A DNA stretch of 64,000 bases from an uncultured Planctomycetia bacterium (GTDB lineage Bacteria > Omnitrophota > Gorgyraeia > Gorgyraeales > Gorgyraeaceae), in NCBI GenBank assembly GCA_964566255.1, contig CAZMID010000002.1:30923-94922 (forward strand). Direction: 5' to 3'. Below, in pieces: positions 1 to 9,461 of this stretch. Both the position numbers and the translations under genes were made by a program. The notes beneath the pieces are model-generated. The model saw only the letters and a list, made by a program, of their open reading frames with translations, was not told the origin of the DNA and searched no databases. Position 1 is the first letter of the stretch. The number at the start of each line of letters is the position of its first letter.

Positions 1-1
1 T

Positions 2-727
2 ACAAGATTAATCGAACGAAATACCACAGTTCCTACAAAAAAGAGTCAGATCTTTTCAACAGCAGCTGATAATCAAACTGCAGTTACTGTAAGGGTTCTG
101 CAGGGTGAGCGTCAGATGGCGAATGATAATACTGAATTAGGCAGATTTGATTTAGTAGGTATTCCTCCAGCACCTAGAGGCATACCTCAGATAGAGGTTA
201 CCTTTGATATTGATAGAGACGGTATCGTACATGTAGGTGCAAAAGATATGGGCACTGGAAAGGAGCAAACCATAAAGATCACTGCTCCTAAAAAATTATC
301 AAAGGAAGAGATAGACAAGATGGTTAAGGAAGCAGAAAAATTCTCCGAAGAGGATAAAAAGAAGAAAGAAGAAGTAGAAGTAAAAAATCAGGCAGAGACA
401 TTAGTGTATTCTGTTGAAAAATCCTTAAAGGACTTTGGAGATAAAGTTAGTCAGGATGAGAAACTTAACATCGAAAGAAAACTTAATGATCTGAAAGAGT
501 TACTTAAGGGTAATGATACAGAAAAGATAAAAAAAGGCATGGAAGAACTTTCCAAAGCTGCCCATAAATTAGCTGAAGAGGTATATAAGGCTGCTCAAAC
601 AAAGACTCAACAGCAAGGACAAGCTAGTACAGGACCACAAGGTCCACAACCTGGTGCGGGTGAGTCTAAAGAACCAAAGGAAAAGCCAGGAGACGATGTA
701 ATAGACGCTGAATTTAAAGAAAAATAA
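2..727 (+). CDS. dnaK: Chaperone DnaK (Hsp70), 3' part; 5' end lies outside the window
   Basis: Frame is open from base 2 ([25 protein letters not shown]), then [19 protein letters not shown] and C-terminal DVIDAEF; followed by dnaJ. Confidence 0.98.
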   Translation, partial: TRLIERNTTVPTKKSQIFSTAADNQTAVTVRVLQGERQMANDNTELGRFDLVGIPPAPRGIPQIEVTFDIDRDGIVHVGAKDMGTGKEQTIKITAPKKLSKEEIDKMVKEAEKFSEEDKKKKEEVEVKNQAETLVYSVEKSLKDFGDKVSQDEKLNIERKLNDLKELLKGNDTEKIKKGMEELSKAAHKLAEEVYKAAQTKTQQQGQASTGPQGPQPGAGESKEPKEKPGDDVIDAEFKEK

Positions 728-729
728 TA

Positions 730-1881
730 ATGTCAACCAAAAGAGATTATTACGAAATCCTGGGTATCAAAAAAGGCTCAAGCGTTGATGAAATAAAAAA
801 GGCCTATAGGAGCCTTGCACTTAAATATCATCCTGATAGAGTCTCTGGGGATAAAAAAGCATCTGAAGAAAAATTCAAAGAGATCTCAGAAGCATATGCT
901 GTCTTATCTGATCCTCAAAAAAAGAGTCAGTATGATCAGTTTGGACATGCTGGTATAGATTCGCGCTATAGCTATGAAGATATTTTTAAAGGTGCAGACT
1001 TTAGTAGCATCTTTGAGGATTTAGGAGTTGGCGGCGGAGGGATATTTGGAGATATCTTTGAAGGTATATTTGGCGGAGGGTTTTCTTCAGGTAGAAGGAA
1101 TTCTCTTCGAGGAAGGGATTTACAATATGAATTTGAAATCTCTTTTGAAGAAGCAGCCTTTGGTGTTAAAAAGACTGTAACTATCCCTCGTCACGAAATC
1201 TGCGACACATGTAAGGGAGATGGTGCAAGACCTGGGACAAAAAAGACTACTTGCTCTACATGTAATGGCAAAGGTCGTATCATGCAGTCAGCAGGATTTT
1301 TCAGCATTCAGCAAACATGCCCTAAATGTAGAGGCGAAGGCACTATTATAAAAAATCCTTGTGTAAAATGCGTTGGTACAGGCAAAATTAAAGTTACAAA
1401 AAAGATTGAGGTAAGTATTCCTGCAGGAGTAGATACTGGATCTCGTCTTCGTATGCAGCAAGAAGGAGAAGCAGGTACAAAAGGAGGTCCAAGAGGAGAT
1501 CTTTATATTTATGTACACGTAAAAGATCATGATATCTTTGAAAGACATGGTTATGATATAGTATGTGATGTGCCTATTAGCTTTCCTGTGGCTACTTTAG
1601 GTGGAGAAGTAGAAATCCCAACCTTAAACGGCAAAGTTACAATGAAGATTCCTGAAGGGACACAGACTGGAAAGATCTTTAGGCTTCAAGGTAAAGGCAT
1701 AAAAAGATTAAGAGGTTATGGTATTGGGGACGAGCTTGTAAGAGTGGTCGTGGAGACCCCGACGCGGCTTAATTCACAACAGAAACGTATCTTAAAAGAG
1801 TTTATGAAGTCTTGTGACGATAAAGTAAGTCCTTTAGCTAAATCATTTACAGAGAAAGCAAAAAAGATATTTAAGAGGTAA
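730..1881 (+). CDS. dnaJ: Chaperone DnaJ
   Basis: J domain with HPD, G/F-rich region, four CxxCxGxG zinc-finger repeats. Confidence 0.98.
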   Translation: MSTKRDYYEILGIKKGSSVDEIKKAYRSLALKYHPDRVSGDKKASEEKFKEISEAYAVLSDPQKKSQYDQFGHAGIDSRYSYEDIFKGADFSSIFEDLGVGGGGIFGDIFEGIFGGGFSSGRRNSLRGRDLQYEFEISFEEAAFGVKKTVTIPRHEICDTCKGDGARPGTKKTTCSTCNGKGRIMQSAGFFSIQQTCPKCRGEGTIIKNPCVKCVGTGKIKVTKKIEVSIPAGVDTGSRLRMQQEGEAGTKGGPRGDLYIYVHVKDHDIFERHGYDIVCDVPISFPVATLGGEVEIPTLNGKVTMKIPEGTQTGKIFRLQGKGIKRLRGYGIGDELVRVVVETPTRLNSQQKRILKEFMKSCDDKVSPLAKSFTEKAKKIFKR

Positions 1882-1886
1882 TAGAT

Positions 1887-2159
1887 ATGCCGACTTACGA
1901 ATATGAATGCCAAAAATGTAAAAAGGTATTTGATGTATTTCAGAAGATGACTGATAAGCATCTTTCTATATGCCCTGATAAAGAATGCAAAGGTAATGTA
2001 AAAAGACTGATAAGTAAAGGTGCAGGATTTATTTTTAAAGGAAATGGTTTTTACGCTACTGACTATAGGAGCGATAATTATAAAAAAAGAGAAAAAGAAG
2101 ATAAATCTACACCGTGTCAGGGTTGTGATAAAAAAGAAGACTGTAAACTTGACAAATAA
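1887..2159 (+). CDS. FmdB-family zinc ribbon protein
   Basis: MPTYEYECQKC...CPDKEC...FIFKGNGFYATDY signature. Confidence 0.9.
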   Translation: MPTYEYECQKCKKVFDVFQKMTDKHLSICPDKECKGNVKRLISKGAGFIFKGNGFYATDYRSDNYKKREKEDKSTPCQGCDKKEDCKLDK

Positions 2160-2514
2160 TTTTTTGAAGTACTGGATGCCTTTATATGTATATGCAGGGC
2201 TTATATTTTATCTATCTAGTTTATCAAAGCCATTGCCAGAAGTAGGTATTCCTTTTTTTGATAAGTTTACTCATATTTTGGAATATGGTTTTTTTGGATT
2301 TTTAGCATCGCGGGCGTTTAAAAATTCTCCCAAGAAGAGATTCTTTGAGAATTTTAGAATACTTGCGATTTTAGTTTCGATAATATATGGGATCTCAGAC
2401 GAGTTTCATCAGGGATTTATTTCAGGGCGAGAATCCAGCGTGTTTGATATGTTAGCCGATGGGATCGGCGGAATATTGGGGGCATTTATTTATGGCAGAT
2501 ATCATTCCATTTAA
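2149..2514 (+). CDS. VanZ-family membrane protein
   Basis: DKFTHILEY, YGISDEFHQ.F..GR, D.LAD motifs; start placed at in-frame TTG 2149 (ATG 2176 is an alternative) rather than 2020. Confidence 0.85.
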   Translation: MTNNFLKYWMPLYVYAGLIFYLSSLSKPLPEVGIPFFDKFTHILEYGFFGFLASRAFKNSPKKRFFENFRILAILVSIIYGISDEFHQGFISGRESSVFDMLADGIGGILGAFIYGRYHSI

Positions 2515-3712
2515 AGGCACACTTTATAATTCTCAAGAAATCAAAGACCTATCAAAAGTAACCGCACCTCCTTACGATGTAATTTCTCCATCTCAGCAAA
2601 ATGAGCTGTATAACACCAATCCTTATAACATAATACGTATTTTATTAGGCAAAGATTCTTCTAGTGATAATGAAAAAGAAAATAAATATACCCGTGCTGC
2701 AAGTTCTTTAAAAGACTGGCAGGAAAAAGGTATTTTAGAAAAAGATAAAGAAGAATCTATCTATATCTATTCACAAGAATTTACTGTTGAAGGTCAGGTA
2801 AGGAAAAGACTTGGTTTTATGGCACTTTTAAAATTAGAGGATTTTTACAAAGAGAAATCCACTATTTATCCTCACGAAAATACACTCACTGCCCCAAAAG
2901 AAGACAGAACTTGCCTTATAAATTCAATCAAGGCAAATCTAGGCCCTATATTTGCGCTTTTTGCAGATGAAGATAAATCTGTTGATGCTATATTAATAGA
3001 AGAGTCAAAGAAATCCCCTTTAATAGACATAGTAGATTACCAAGGTATCAGGAATAAGTTTTGGAGAGTGTCTAGTAAAGATAAAATAGAATGTATCGTC
3101 AATATGATGAAGAAAGAAAAGCTTTTTATTGCAGATGGTCATCACAGATATGAAGTAGGCCTTGCATTTAGTAAGACTCAAAAAGATCCTAAATATGGAT
3201 ATATACTTACGTATTTTACAGACCTTTATGCTGATGGAATAGTTATATTTCCTGTACATAGACTTATTAGAGGAGTAAATAAAGATATATTAGATAATTT
3301 AGAGAAGGATTTACTAAAAGATTTTACTGCAAGAGAGATAACTTCCAAGGAAGATGTTAAGAAGTTTCTTTCTGGTGCAAATACCTCAGAAAAAAGGTTT
3401 GTTATTTATAAAAAAGATAATAAATTTATAGGATTAGGTTTAAAAGATAGCGATTCTTTAGATGTAACTTTACTTCATGATTTAATAATAAAACCTCTGG
3501 AAGAAAAAAGTAAGATTTCAATAGATTTTACCAAGGATATGGATTATGCTATTAAAGAAGTAGATAATGGTAAATTTTCATTATCTATTATATTAAATCC
3601 TACAAAGGTCACTCAGGTTCGAGATGTGGCATTTTCAAAAAAGAGGATGCCACAAAAATCAACATATTTTTATCCAAAGGTTTTAACAGGCCTTGTAATG
3701 AATGTTTTTTAG
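2492..3712 (+). CDS. DUF1015 family protein
   Basis: APPYDVIS, PHENT, IADGHHRY, MPQKSTYFYPK motifs; ATG at 2492 (MADIIPF). Confidence 0.9.
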   Translation: MADIIPFKGTLYNSQEIKDLSKVTAPPYDVISPSQQNELYNTNPYNIIRILLGKDSSSDNEKENKYTRAASSLKDWQEKGILEKDKEESIYIYSQEFTVEGQVRKRLGFMALLKLEDFYKEKSTIYPHENTLTAPKEDRTCLINSIKANLGPIFALFADEDKSVDAILIEESKKSPLIDIVDYQGIRNKFWRVSSKDKIECIVNMMKKEKLFIADGHHRYEVGLAFSKTQKDPKYGYILTYFTDLYADGIVIFPVHRLIRGVNKDILDNLEKDLLKDFTAREITSKEDVKKFLSGANTSEKRFVIYKKDNKFIGLGLKDSDSLDVTLLHDLIIKPLEEKSKISIDFTKDMDYAIKEVDNGKFSLSIILNPTKVTQVRDVAFSKKRMPQKSTYFYPKVLTGLVMNVF

Positions 3713-3720
3713 ATAACCTT

Positions 3721-4563
3721 ATGGCTATATTCGGTAAACCAAAATATACAGCGGTAAAGGTATCAAAGCGCAAGGGTGTTCCTGACGGTAGTTGGCTTAA
3801 ATGCGAGGGATGCTCTGAGATGATTTACAAAAAGACCTTGGATGAGAATCTCAAGGTATGTCCTAAATGTAACTATCATTTTGTGCTTGGTGCTTATGAA
3901 CGCATATCTATGTTTTTAGATGAGGGTAGTTTTGAAGAATTTGAAAAGGGTATGAAACCAAAGGATATATTAAAGTTTAAAGGTGTTAAAAGTTATACAG
4001 AGAAGATAGAAAAAGATACCTTGATTACCGGCATGGAAGAAGCAGCTGTTATTGGAAAAGGCAGCGTTAATGACAAAGAGGTTGCATTTGCAATAACTGA
4101 TTCGCGTTTTATAATGGGTACTATGGGTTATGTAGTAGGGGAAAAGATCGCAATTATTACAGAATTTGCTACTAAGAAAAAACTCCCTCTTATTATTATC
4201 TCAGGTTCTGGGGGAGGCGCAAGGATGTATGAAGGGATGATCTCTCTTATGCAGATGGCAAAGACCTCCGCAGCCCTTGCAAAACACAATGAAAAGAGAG
4301 GACTATATATTTCAATACTTACAAATCCTACAATGGCAGGGGTATTGGCAAGTTTTGCATCTTTAGGGGATGTAATTATTGCTGAGCCAAAAGCACTCAT
4401 TGGTTTTACTGGCCCCAGGGTCATAGAACAGACAATACGGCAAAAACTACCTGAAGGATTTCAGCGTTCGGAATTCCTTCTGGAACATGGCCTTGTAGAT
4501 ATGGTAGTAGGTCGGAAGAATCTAAAAGATACTGTTTCTCAGATAATAGATTATTTGAGTTAG
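3721..4563 (+). CDS. accD: Acetyl-CoA carboxylase carboxyltransferase beta subunit
   Basis: N-terminal C4 zinc finger (CEGC/CPKC), GGARMYEG, GFTGPRVIEQTI, FQRSEFLLEHG. Confidence 0.97.
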   Translation: MAIFGKPKYTAVKVSKRKGVPDGSWLKCEGCSEMIYKKTLDENLKVCPKCNYHFVLGAYERISMFLDEGSFEEFEKGMKPKDILKFKGVKSYTEKIEKDTLITGMEEAAVIGKGSVNDKEVAFAITDSRFIMGTMGYVVGEKIAIITEFATKKKLPLIIISGSGGGARMYEGMISLMQMAKTSAALAKHNEKRGLYISILTNPTMAGVLASFASLGDVIIAEPKALIGFTGPRVIEQTIRQKLPEGFQRSEFLLEHGLVDMVVGRKNLKDTVSQIIDYLS

Positions 4564-4569
4564 AATCAG

Positions 4570-4598
4570 TTGACTTTGAAGGTAAAATTAGCTATAAT
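4570..4598 (+). promoter_or_regulatory. Putative sigma70 promoter for the ABC ATPase/GGDEF genes
   Basis: TTGACT (4570-4575), 17 bp spacer, TATAAT (4593-4598), in the gap before ATG 4644. Confidence 0.75.
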
Positions 4599-4643
4599 TC
4601 TCTGATACGCTTTTTGCATATATATAGATAGGAAAGGTAATAT

Positions 4644-5747
4644 ATGGCACAAGTAAGCCTTAGGAATGTGACAAAAATCTTCCCTGGTAATGTAGAGGCG
4701 GTTAAAGACGTAAGCCTTGGAATAGATAATAGAGAGTTTGTAGTATTAGTAGGCCCATCAGGATGCGGTAAGTCTAGTACCTTAAGGATGATAGCAGGAC
4801 TTGAGCAGGTTACAAAGGGAGAAGTCTGGATAAGCAATAAGATGGTTAATGATGTACCTGCTAAGGATAGAGACATTGCAATGGTATTTCAAAACTATGC
4901 TCTTTATCCACATATGACTGTTTATGAAAATATGTCATTTGCGTTGAGATTACGTAGATTTTCCAAATCTGAGATTGATTCCCGCGTTAAAGATGCAGCA
5001 GAACTTCTAGGCATAAAGAAACTCTTAAATAGGCGACCAAGAGAGCTTTCCGGGGGTCAGCGTCAGAGAGTAGCTGTTGGTAGAGCCATCGTAAGAAAAC
5101 CAAAGGTGTTTTTATTTGATGAACCATTGAGTAATTTGGATGCAAAGATGCGCGTCCAGATGAGGACAGAATTAAATAAGTTACACATTAGACTTCAATC
5201 TACCATGATTTATGTTACCCATGATCAGACAGAGGCAATGACAATGGGTAATCGTATTGTAGTAATGAAAGAAGGAATCATACAGCAGGTAGCAGATCCC
5301 ATCACACTTTACGATAAGCCTATAAATAAATTCGTAGCAGGTTTTATTGGATCCCCACCTATGAATTTTATAAATGGTAATATTCTCAAAAAAGACAATG
5401 ATTTTTTCTTTTCCATGAATGGTATCAAGGTAAAGATAGTAGAAGATATGTATGATAAAATTTCTCCATATAATGGTAAGGAAGTTGTTTTTGGTATAAG
5501 ACCCGAAGATATATATGACAAACTTTTTATATCAGAGGCTTCTGTAGATAATACTGTGAAGGCTGTTGTTGAAATAGTAGAACCTATGGGTGCAGAGGTA
5601 TTTTTATATATCAAGGCAGCAGGAAATTCTTTTATCGCAAGGGTCGGTGGCCACGATAAACCCGAAGTAGGCCAGGATATGGACCTTGTTCTTGATATGA
5701 GCAATGCCCACTTTTTTAATAAGGATACCGAAGAAACGATTGTTTAA
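4644..5747 (+). CDS. ugpC: Sugar ABC transporter ATP-binding protein (MalK/UgpC/MsmK family)
   Basis: Walker A GPSGCGKS, FQNYALYPHM, LSGGQRQR, DEPLSNLD, C-terminal TOBE-like domain. Confidence 0.92.
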   Translation: MAQVSLRNVTKIFPGNVEAVKDVSLGIDNREFVVLVGPSGCGKSSTLRMIAGLEQVTKGEVWISNKMVNDVPAKDRDIAMVFQNYALYPHMTVYENMSFALRLRRFSKSEIDSRVKDAAELLGIKKLLNRRPRELSGGQRQRVAVGRAIVRKPKVFLFDEPLSNLDAKMRVQMRTELNKLHIRLQSTMIYVTHDQTEAMTMGNRIVVMKEGIIQQVADPITLYDKPINKFVAGFIGSPPMNFINGNILKKDNDFFFSMNGIKVKIVEDMYDKISPYNGKEVVFGIRPEDIYDKLFISEASVDNTVKAVVEIVEPMGAEVFLYIKAAGNSFIARVGGHDKPEVGQDMDLVLDMSNAHFFNKDTEETIV

Positions 5748-5783
5748 GCGATGACATCATCTACTTTATGTGGATGATTCTCC

Positions 5784-7178
5784 ATGCAAATAGAAAGCAC
5801 CAGCAAAGTAAAAATTGGGATGTTTTGCGGGGTCAGTTTTCTTTTAATCTCCTTTCTCACATTTAGGACTAACCTTCCAAAGATACCGACGATATTTCTT
5901 TATAATCTTATTATAATACTTAGTATGCAAAGCCTTGGTTTTTATAGAGGACTCTTTTTTTTAGGCGCTTCTATATTCTTTGCAATACTTATCTCTCTTG
6001 CAGCTAATTTTATTTATGCGTGGAATATACCGATGTTTCTTGTAGCATTTTTTATAGTGAACGATCGTTTAAAGAAAAGTGATTATTATGACCACATCAT
6101 TAAAAGGAGGATAGAAGAGCTTAGTGAAAATAGAAATCTCCTTACAAATGAATATGCAAGACACAAAAGAGATGGAAACTTTTTAGCAAAGAAAGAAACT
6201 AGGTATAAATCTTTACAGGATATTACTTCTATTTTGAGTTCCACTCTTTCGTTGGATAAAGTAACCGAATTGATTTTAGATAGTGCCCTTCAGGTAATTG
6301 GAAAGTCAGAAGGGTTGATTTTATTTTTAGTTGATACAGAGAAACAAGAGCTGAACCTGGCTACAACAAGGATGGAAAAGGATTTTAATAAAGTAAAGGC
6401 TAAAAAAGGCGATTTATTAGATGAGTGGGTTTTCAAACAACGACAAGGACTCCTTGTAGAAGATATAAAAAAGGATTTTAGGTTTAGCGGTGAGAAAATG
6501 AAAGAGTACCCAAGGCCTTTTCGTTCAGTTATATCATGTCCTTTAATGGAAGAACGAAAGGTTATAGGGATACTGAGGCTGGAGCATTCAAAACCTTATA
6601 ATTATACATCAGAAGACTTGAGGCTTTTGGATATTTTATGTGATTTAGGAGCTGCGAGTTTAGCAAATGCTAAATTCTATAAACAGACGCTTGAACTTGC
6701 GATTACAGATGGGCTTACAGGATTATATTTACGTAGATATTTTCTTGATAGGTTAAAAGAAGAGCTTACAAGGTCTTTACGGGATGATGTAGAAACTTCA
6801 CTCTTAATGATAGATATTGATAATTTCAAGAATTACAATGATACATATGGTCATACAGCAGGCGATCTAGTGCTCAAATATCTTTCAAAGGTTCTCCAAG
6901 GCTTTACAGAGACAGGTGTGGTTGCACGTTATGGCGGCGAGGAATTTGCAATACTTTTACCAGAGACTTCAAAAAGGGAAGCCAAAAAGATAGCAGATGA
7001 AATCAGAAAAGACATCAAAAAGGAACCAATAAAGCTCCGCAGGACAAAGACAAATGTTACGGTTTCCATAGGTGTAGCTACTTTTCCAGATGATGCAAAG
7101 GTCTATGATGAACTTATTTTAAGAGCAGATGAAAAATTATATAAAGCTAAAAGGGAAGGGAAGGATAAGGTAGTATAA
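5784..7178 (+). CDS. Membrane-anchored GAF-GGDEF diguanylate cyclase
   Basis: N-terminal TM helices, GAF-like region, DGLTGLY, DIDNFK, RYGGEEF. Confidence 0.92.
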   Translation: MQIESTSKVKIGMFCGVSFLLISFLTFRTNLPKIPTIFLYNLIIILSMQSLGFYRGLFFLGASIFFAILISLAANFIYAWNIPMFLVAFFIVNDRLKKSDYYDHIIKRRIEELSENRNLLTNEYARHKRDGNFLAKKETRYKSLQDITSILSSTLSLDKVTELILDSALQVIGKSEGLILFLVDTEKQELNLATTRMEKDFNKVKAKKGDLLDEWVFKQRQGLLVEDIKKDFRFSGEKMKEYPRPFRSVISCPLMEERKVIGILRLEHSKPYNYTSEDLRLLDILCDLGAASLANAKFYKQTLELAITDGLTGLYLRRYFLDRLKEELTRSLRDDVETSLLMIDIDNFKNYNDTYGHTAGDLVLKYLSKVLQGFTETGVVARYGGEEFAILLPETSKREAKKIADEIRKDIKKEPIKLRRTKTNVTVSIGVATFPDDAKVYDELILRADEKLYKAKREGKDKVV

Positions 7179-7191
7179 ACGGATTAATAAA

Positions 7192-8478
7192 ATGAGAGTT
7201 TTAATTTATTTTATAATTTCAATGGCAGTTTTATTTTTAAGCTATAGAGTCAGCTTAAAAAGATCTATTATTTTCTCTATATTAGTTAGTATCTTTATTT
7301 TAATAATCCAACCAAAGTTATTTTCTTATGGAACGATAGTATATCTACTTTTTATAAATGCTCTACCTATTACTGCAGAGATATTTAAAAAAGATTTTGA
7401 TGAATATAAACGTATTATGCGTACTAGATTTGAGGAAGGCAAGAAACGATATGAAGATTCACAGGTAGATGATAAGCGGCAGATAGAAGTAAATCTAGAA
7501 AAAGAAAAGGCATTACATCATGTTTTATCTTTATACGAGATCTCAAAAGACATGTCAAGCTGCCTTACACTTGAAGACATATTGAATATATTTTCAGTCA
7601 CGTTAAAAAAGTCTTTTAGATTTAAACATTCTCGTTTTATACAATTAAAAGAATCAGGTGATTCTATAGAAGCCATTTATCATATTGAAGTAGGTTGTAG
7701 GCTCGGGAAAGTGACTCCCGAAGAATTTGATGACGAGCTTACAAAGCTTATTCTTGAAAAGAAAAAGATAATTTCATTTTCACTTCAGGAAAGCCCAAAG
7801 TCTTTAAGAAAGTTGACCATGATAAAGGATTTTGAAACATTGGTGGCTATACCAGTTTTTGTTGAATCCAGGATAGCCGGTATTTTATATATTGAGGCTG
7901 TACCAAGGAAGTATTTTGAAAACTTTATAATCTTGACAAGTCAATTTGCAATACAGTTTCAGAAGGTAGTTTTATATAGAAAAGTGCAAGAAATGTCTAT
8001 TACGGATTCTCTAACAGAGGTTTCTACAAGAAGGCATTTTCTGGATAGATTTTCAGAGGAAATACGCCGATCCATGCGTCATAAGTCAAATCTTACACTT
8101 TTAATGTTAGATCTGGATCATTTTAAAGAGACTAACGATACATTTGGTCATCTTGTTGGGGATGCTGTCTTAAAGGAAGTGGCAGTTATTTTAAAATCAA
8201 ACCTTAGAGAAATAGATATTATTGGTAGATATGGCGGAGAGGAATTTGCAATAGTACTTGCTGGGACTGGAAAAGAAGAAGCCCATCAGGCTGCAGAACG
8301 TATCAGGGAAAGCATAGAAGCAACAGTTTTTAAGGCATATGATGAGGTTGTCTCTACCACCGTTAGCATAGGAGTGAGTGTGTTTCCTGATAAGGGAGTT
8401 GATGTAGAAAGCTTAATTGAAGCTAGTGACAGGGCCCTTTATAAAGCCAAGGAAACAGGACGTAATAAAGTTTGTTAA
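7192..8478 (+). CDS. Membrane-anchored GAF-GGDEF diguanylate cyclase
   Basis: TM helices, GAF-like region, DLDHFK, RxxD (REID) I-site, RYGGEEF. Confidence 0.92.
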   Translation: MRVLIYFIISMAVLFLSYRVSLKRSIIFSILVSIFILIIQPKLFSYGTIVYLLFINALPITAEIFKKDFDEYKRIMRTRFEEGKKRYEDSQVDDKRQIEVNLEKEKALHHVLSLYEISKDMSSCLTLEDILNIFSVTLKKSFRFKHSRFIQLKESGDSIEAIYHIEVGCRLGKVTPEEFDDELTKLILEKKKIISFSLQESPKSLRKLTMIKDFETLVAIPVFVESRIAGILYIEAVPRKYFENFIILTSQFAIQFQKVVLYRKVQEMSITDSLTEVSTRRHFLDRFSEEIRRSMRHKSNLTLLMLDLDHFKETNDTFGHLVGDAVLKEVAVILKSNLREIDIIGRYGGEEFAIVLAGTGKEEAHQAAERIRESIEATVFKAYDEVVSTTVSIGVSVFPDKGVDVESLIEASDRALYKAKETGRNKVC

Positions 8479-8507
8479 TCCCACCTAATTATAATCAAAA
8501 AAACTAG

Positions 8508-8536
8508 TTGCATTGCCCCATTTATTGCGGTATTAT
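8508..8536 (+). promoter_or_regulatory. Putative sigma70 promoter for the ROK-lptD-ugd-rml operon
   Basis: TTGCAT (8508-8513), 17 bp spacer, TATTAT (8531-8536). Confidence 0.6.
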
Positions 8537-8551
8537 ATATAGCCTATATAT

Positions 8552-9460
8552 ATGTCTAATAAGCTTAGAGTAGGAATAGATATGGGAGCCACACGCATAA
8601 AGATGGCGCTTGTGGATAGTAAAGGAAGCCTTTCTTTTAGGCGCCAGATAAATACGCCTCTAGATGCAGAAAGGTCTTATCTTATAGATTCTATAATTAA
8701 TAATGTTAAGGAAATCATAGATGAATCTGGAGTTAAAAAGAAGGATATTCTTGGCGTTGGTATAGGTGTACCTGGACCTGTAGATTCAAAAAAGGGAGTT
8801 ATTTACTATTTTCCAAACATAAAAGGATGGGAAAATACTCCACTTAAAGCAATATTAGAGAGGAAGTTAGGCATAAAAGTAGCCTTGGATAATGATGTAA
8901 ATGCAATGACTCTTGGCGAATACAGGTTTGGTGCAGGAAAAGGCACTAAGAATTTAATCTGTCTTACGCTTGGTACAGGTGTTGGCGGAGGTCTTATTAT
9001 AAATGGAGATATTTATAGAGGATCTACTATGTGTGCAGGAGAGATAGGTCATGTGCCTATAAATGAAAAAGGCCCTAGGTGTAATTGTAGAGGCATTGCT
9101 TGTATAGAGAGCTATATAGGTAATAGATATACCCTAAGAAGAGCTAGAAAGATTTTTGGAAAAAGTATAACACTCGAACGCTTAAGTATGCTTGGAAAGA
9201 AGGGTAATAAAAAAGCACTAAATATATGGCAGGATGTTGGTAAAAAGTTAGCTATAGCTCTTACAGGAGCTATTAATTTATTGAATCCAGACATGGTTAT
9301 TATTGGTGGCGGAGTAAGTAATGCAGGGAACCTGATATTAGGCCCCTTAAAGAATGAAATCAAGCTTCGTGCAATGAGGGATCAGGCATTACATGTGAGG
9401 ATTACTCGGGCAAGACTTGGAGATAATGCTGGTATAATAGGTGCTTCACTTTTAATTTAG
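8552..9460 (+). CDS. ROK-family sugar kinase (glucokinase-like)
   Basis: GIDMGAT, DNDVNA, LTLGTGVGGG, GEIGH, CNCRGIACIE; no N-terminal HTH. Confidence 0.9.
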   Translation: MSNKLRVGIDMGATRIKMALVDSKGSLSFRRQINTPLDAERSYLIDSIINNVKEIIDESGVKKKDILGVGIGVPGPVDSKKGVIYYFPNIKGWENTPLKAILERKLGIKVALDNDVNAMTLGEYRFGAGKGTKNLICLTLGTGVGGGLIINGDIYRGSTMCAGEIGHVPINEKGPRCNCRGIACIESYIGNRYTLRRARKIFGKSITLERLSMLGKKGNKKALNIWQDVGKKLAIALTGAINLLNPDMVIIGGGVSNAGNLILGPLKNEIKLRAMRDQALHVRITRARLGDNAGIIGASLLI

Positions 9461-9461
9461 T

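Noticed and set aside
628-660. GPQGPQPG short repeat in the DnaK tail
   Set aside because: Ordinary low-complexity DnaK C-terminal linker
2020-2148. N-terminal extension of the VanZ ORF; vancomycin-resistance reading
   Set aside because: The extension overlaps the FmdB gene out of frame, and VanZ-family genes are widespread; no van cluster is present
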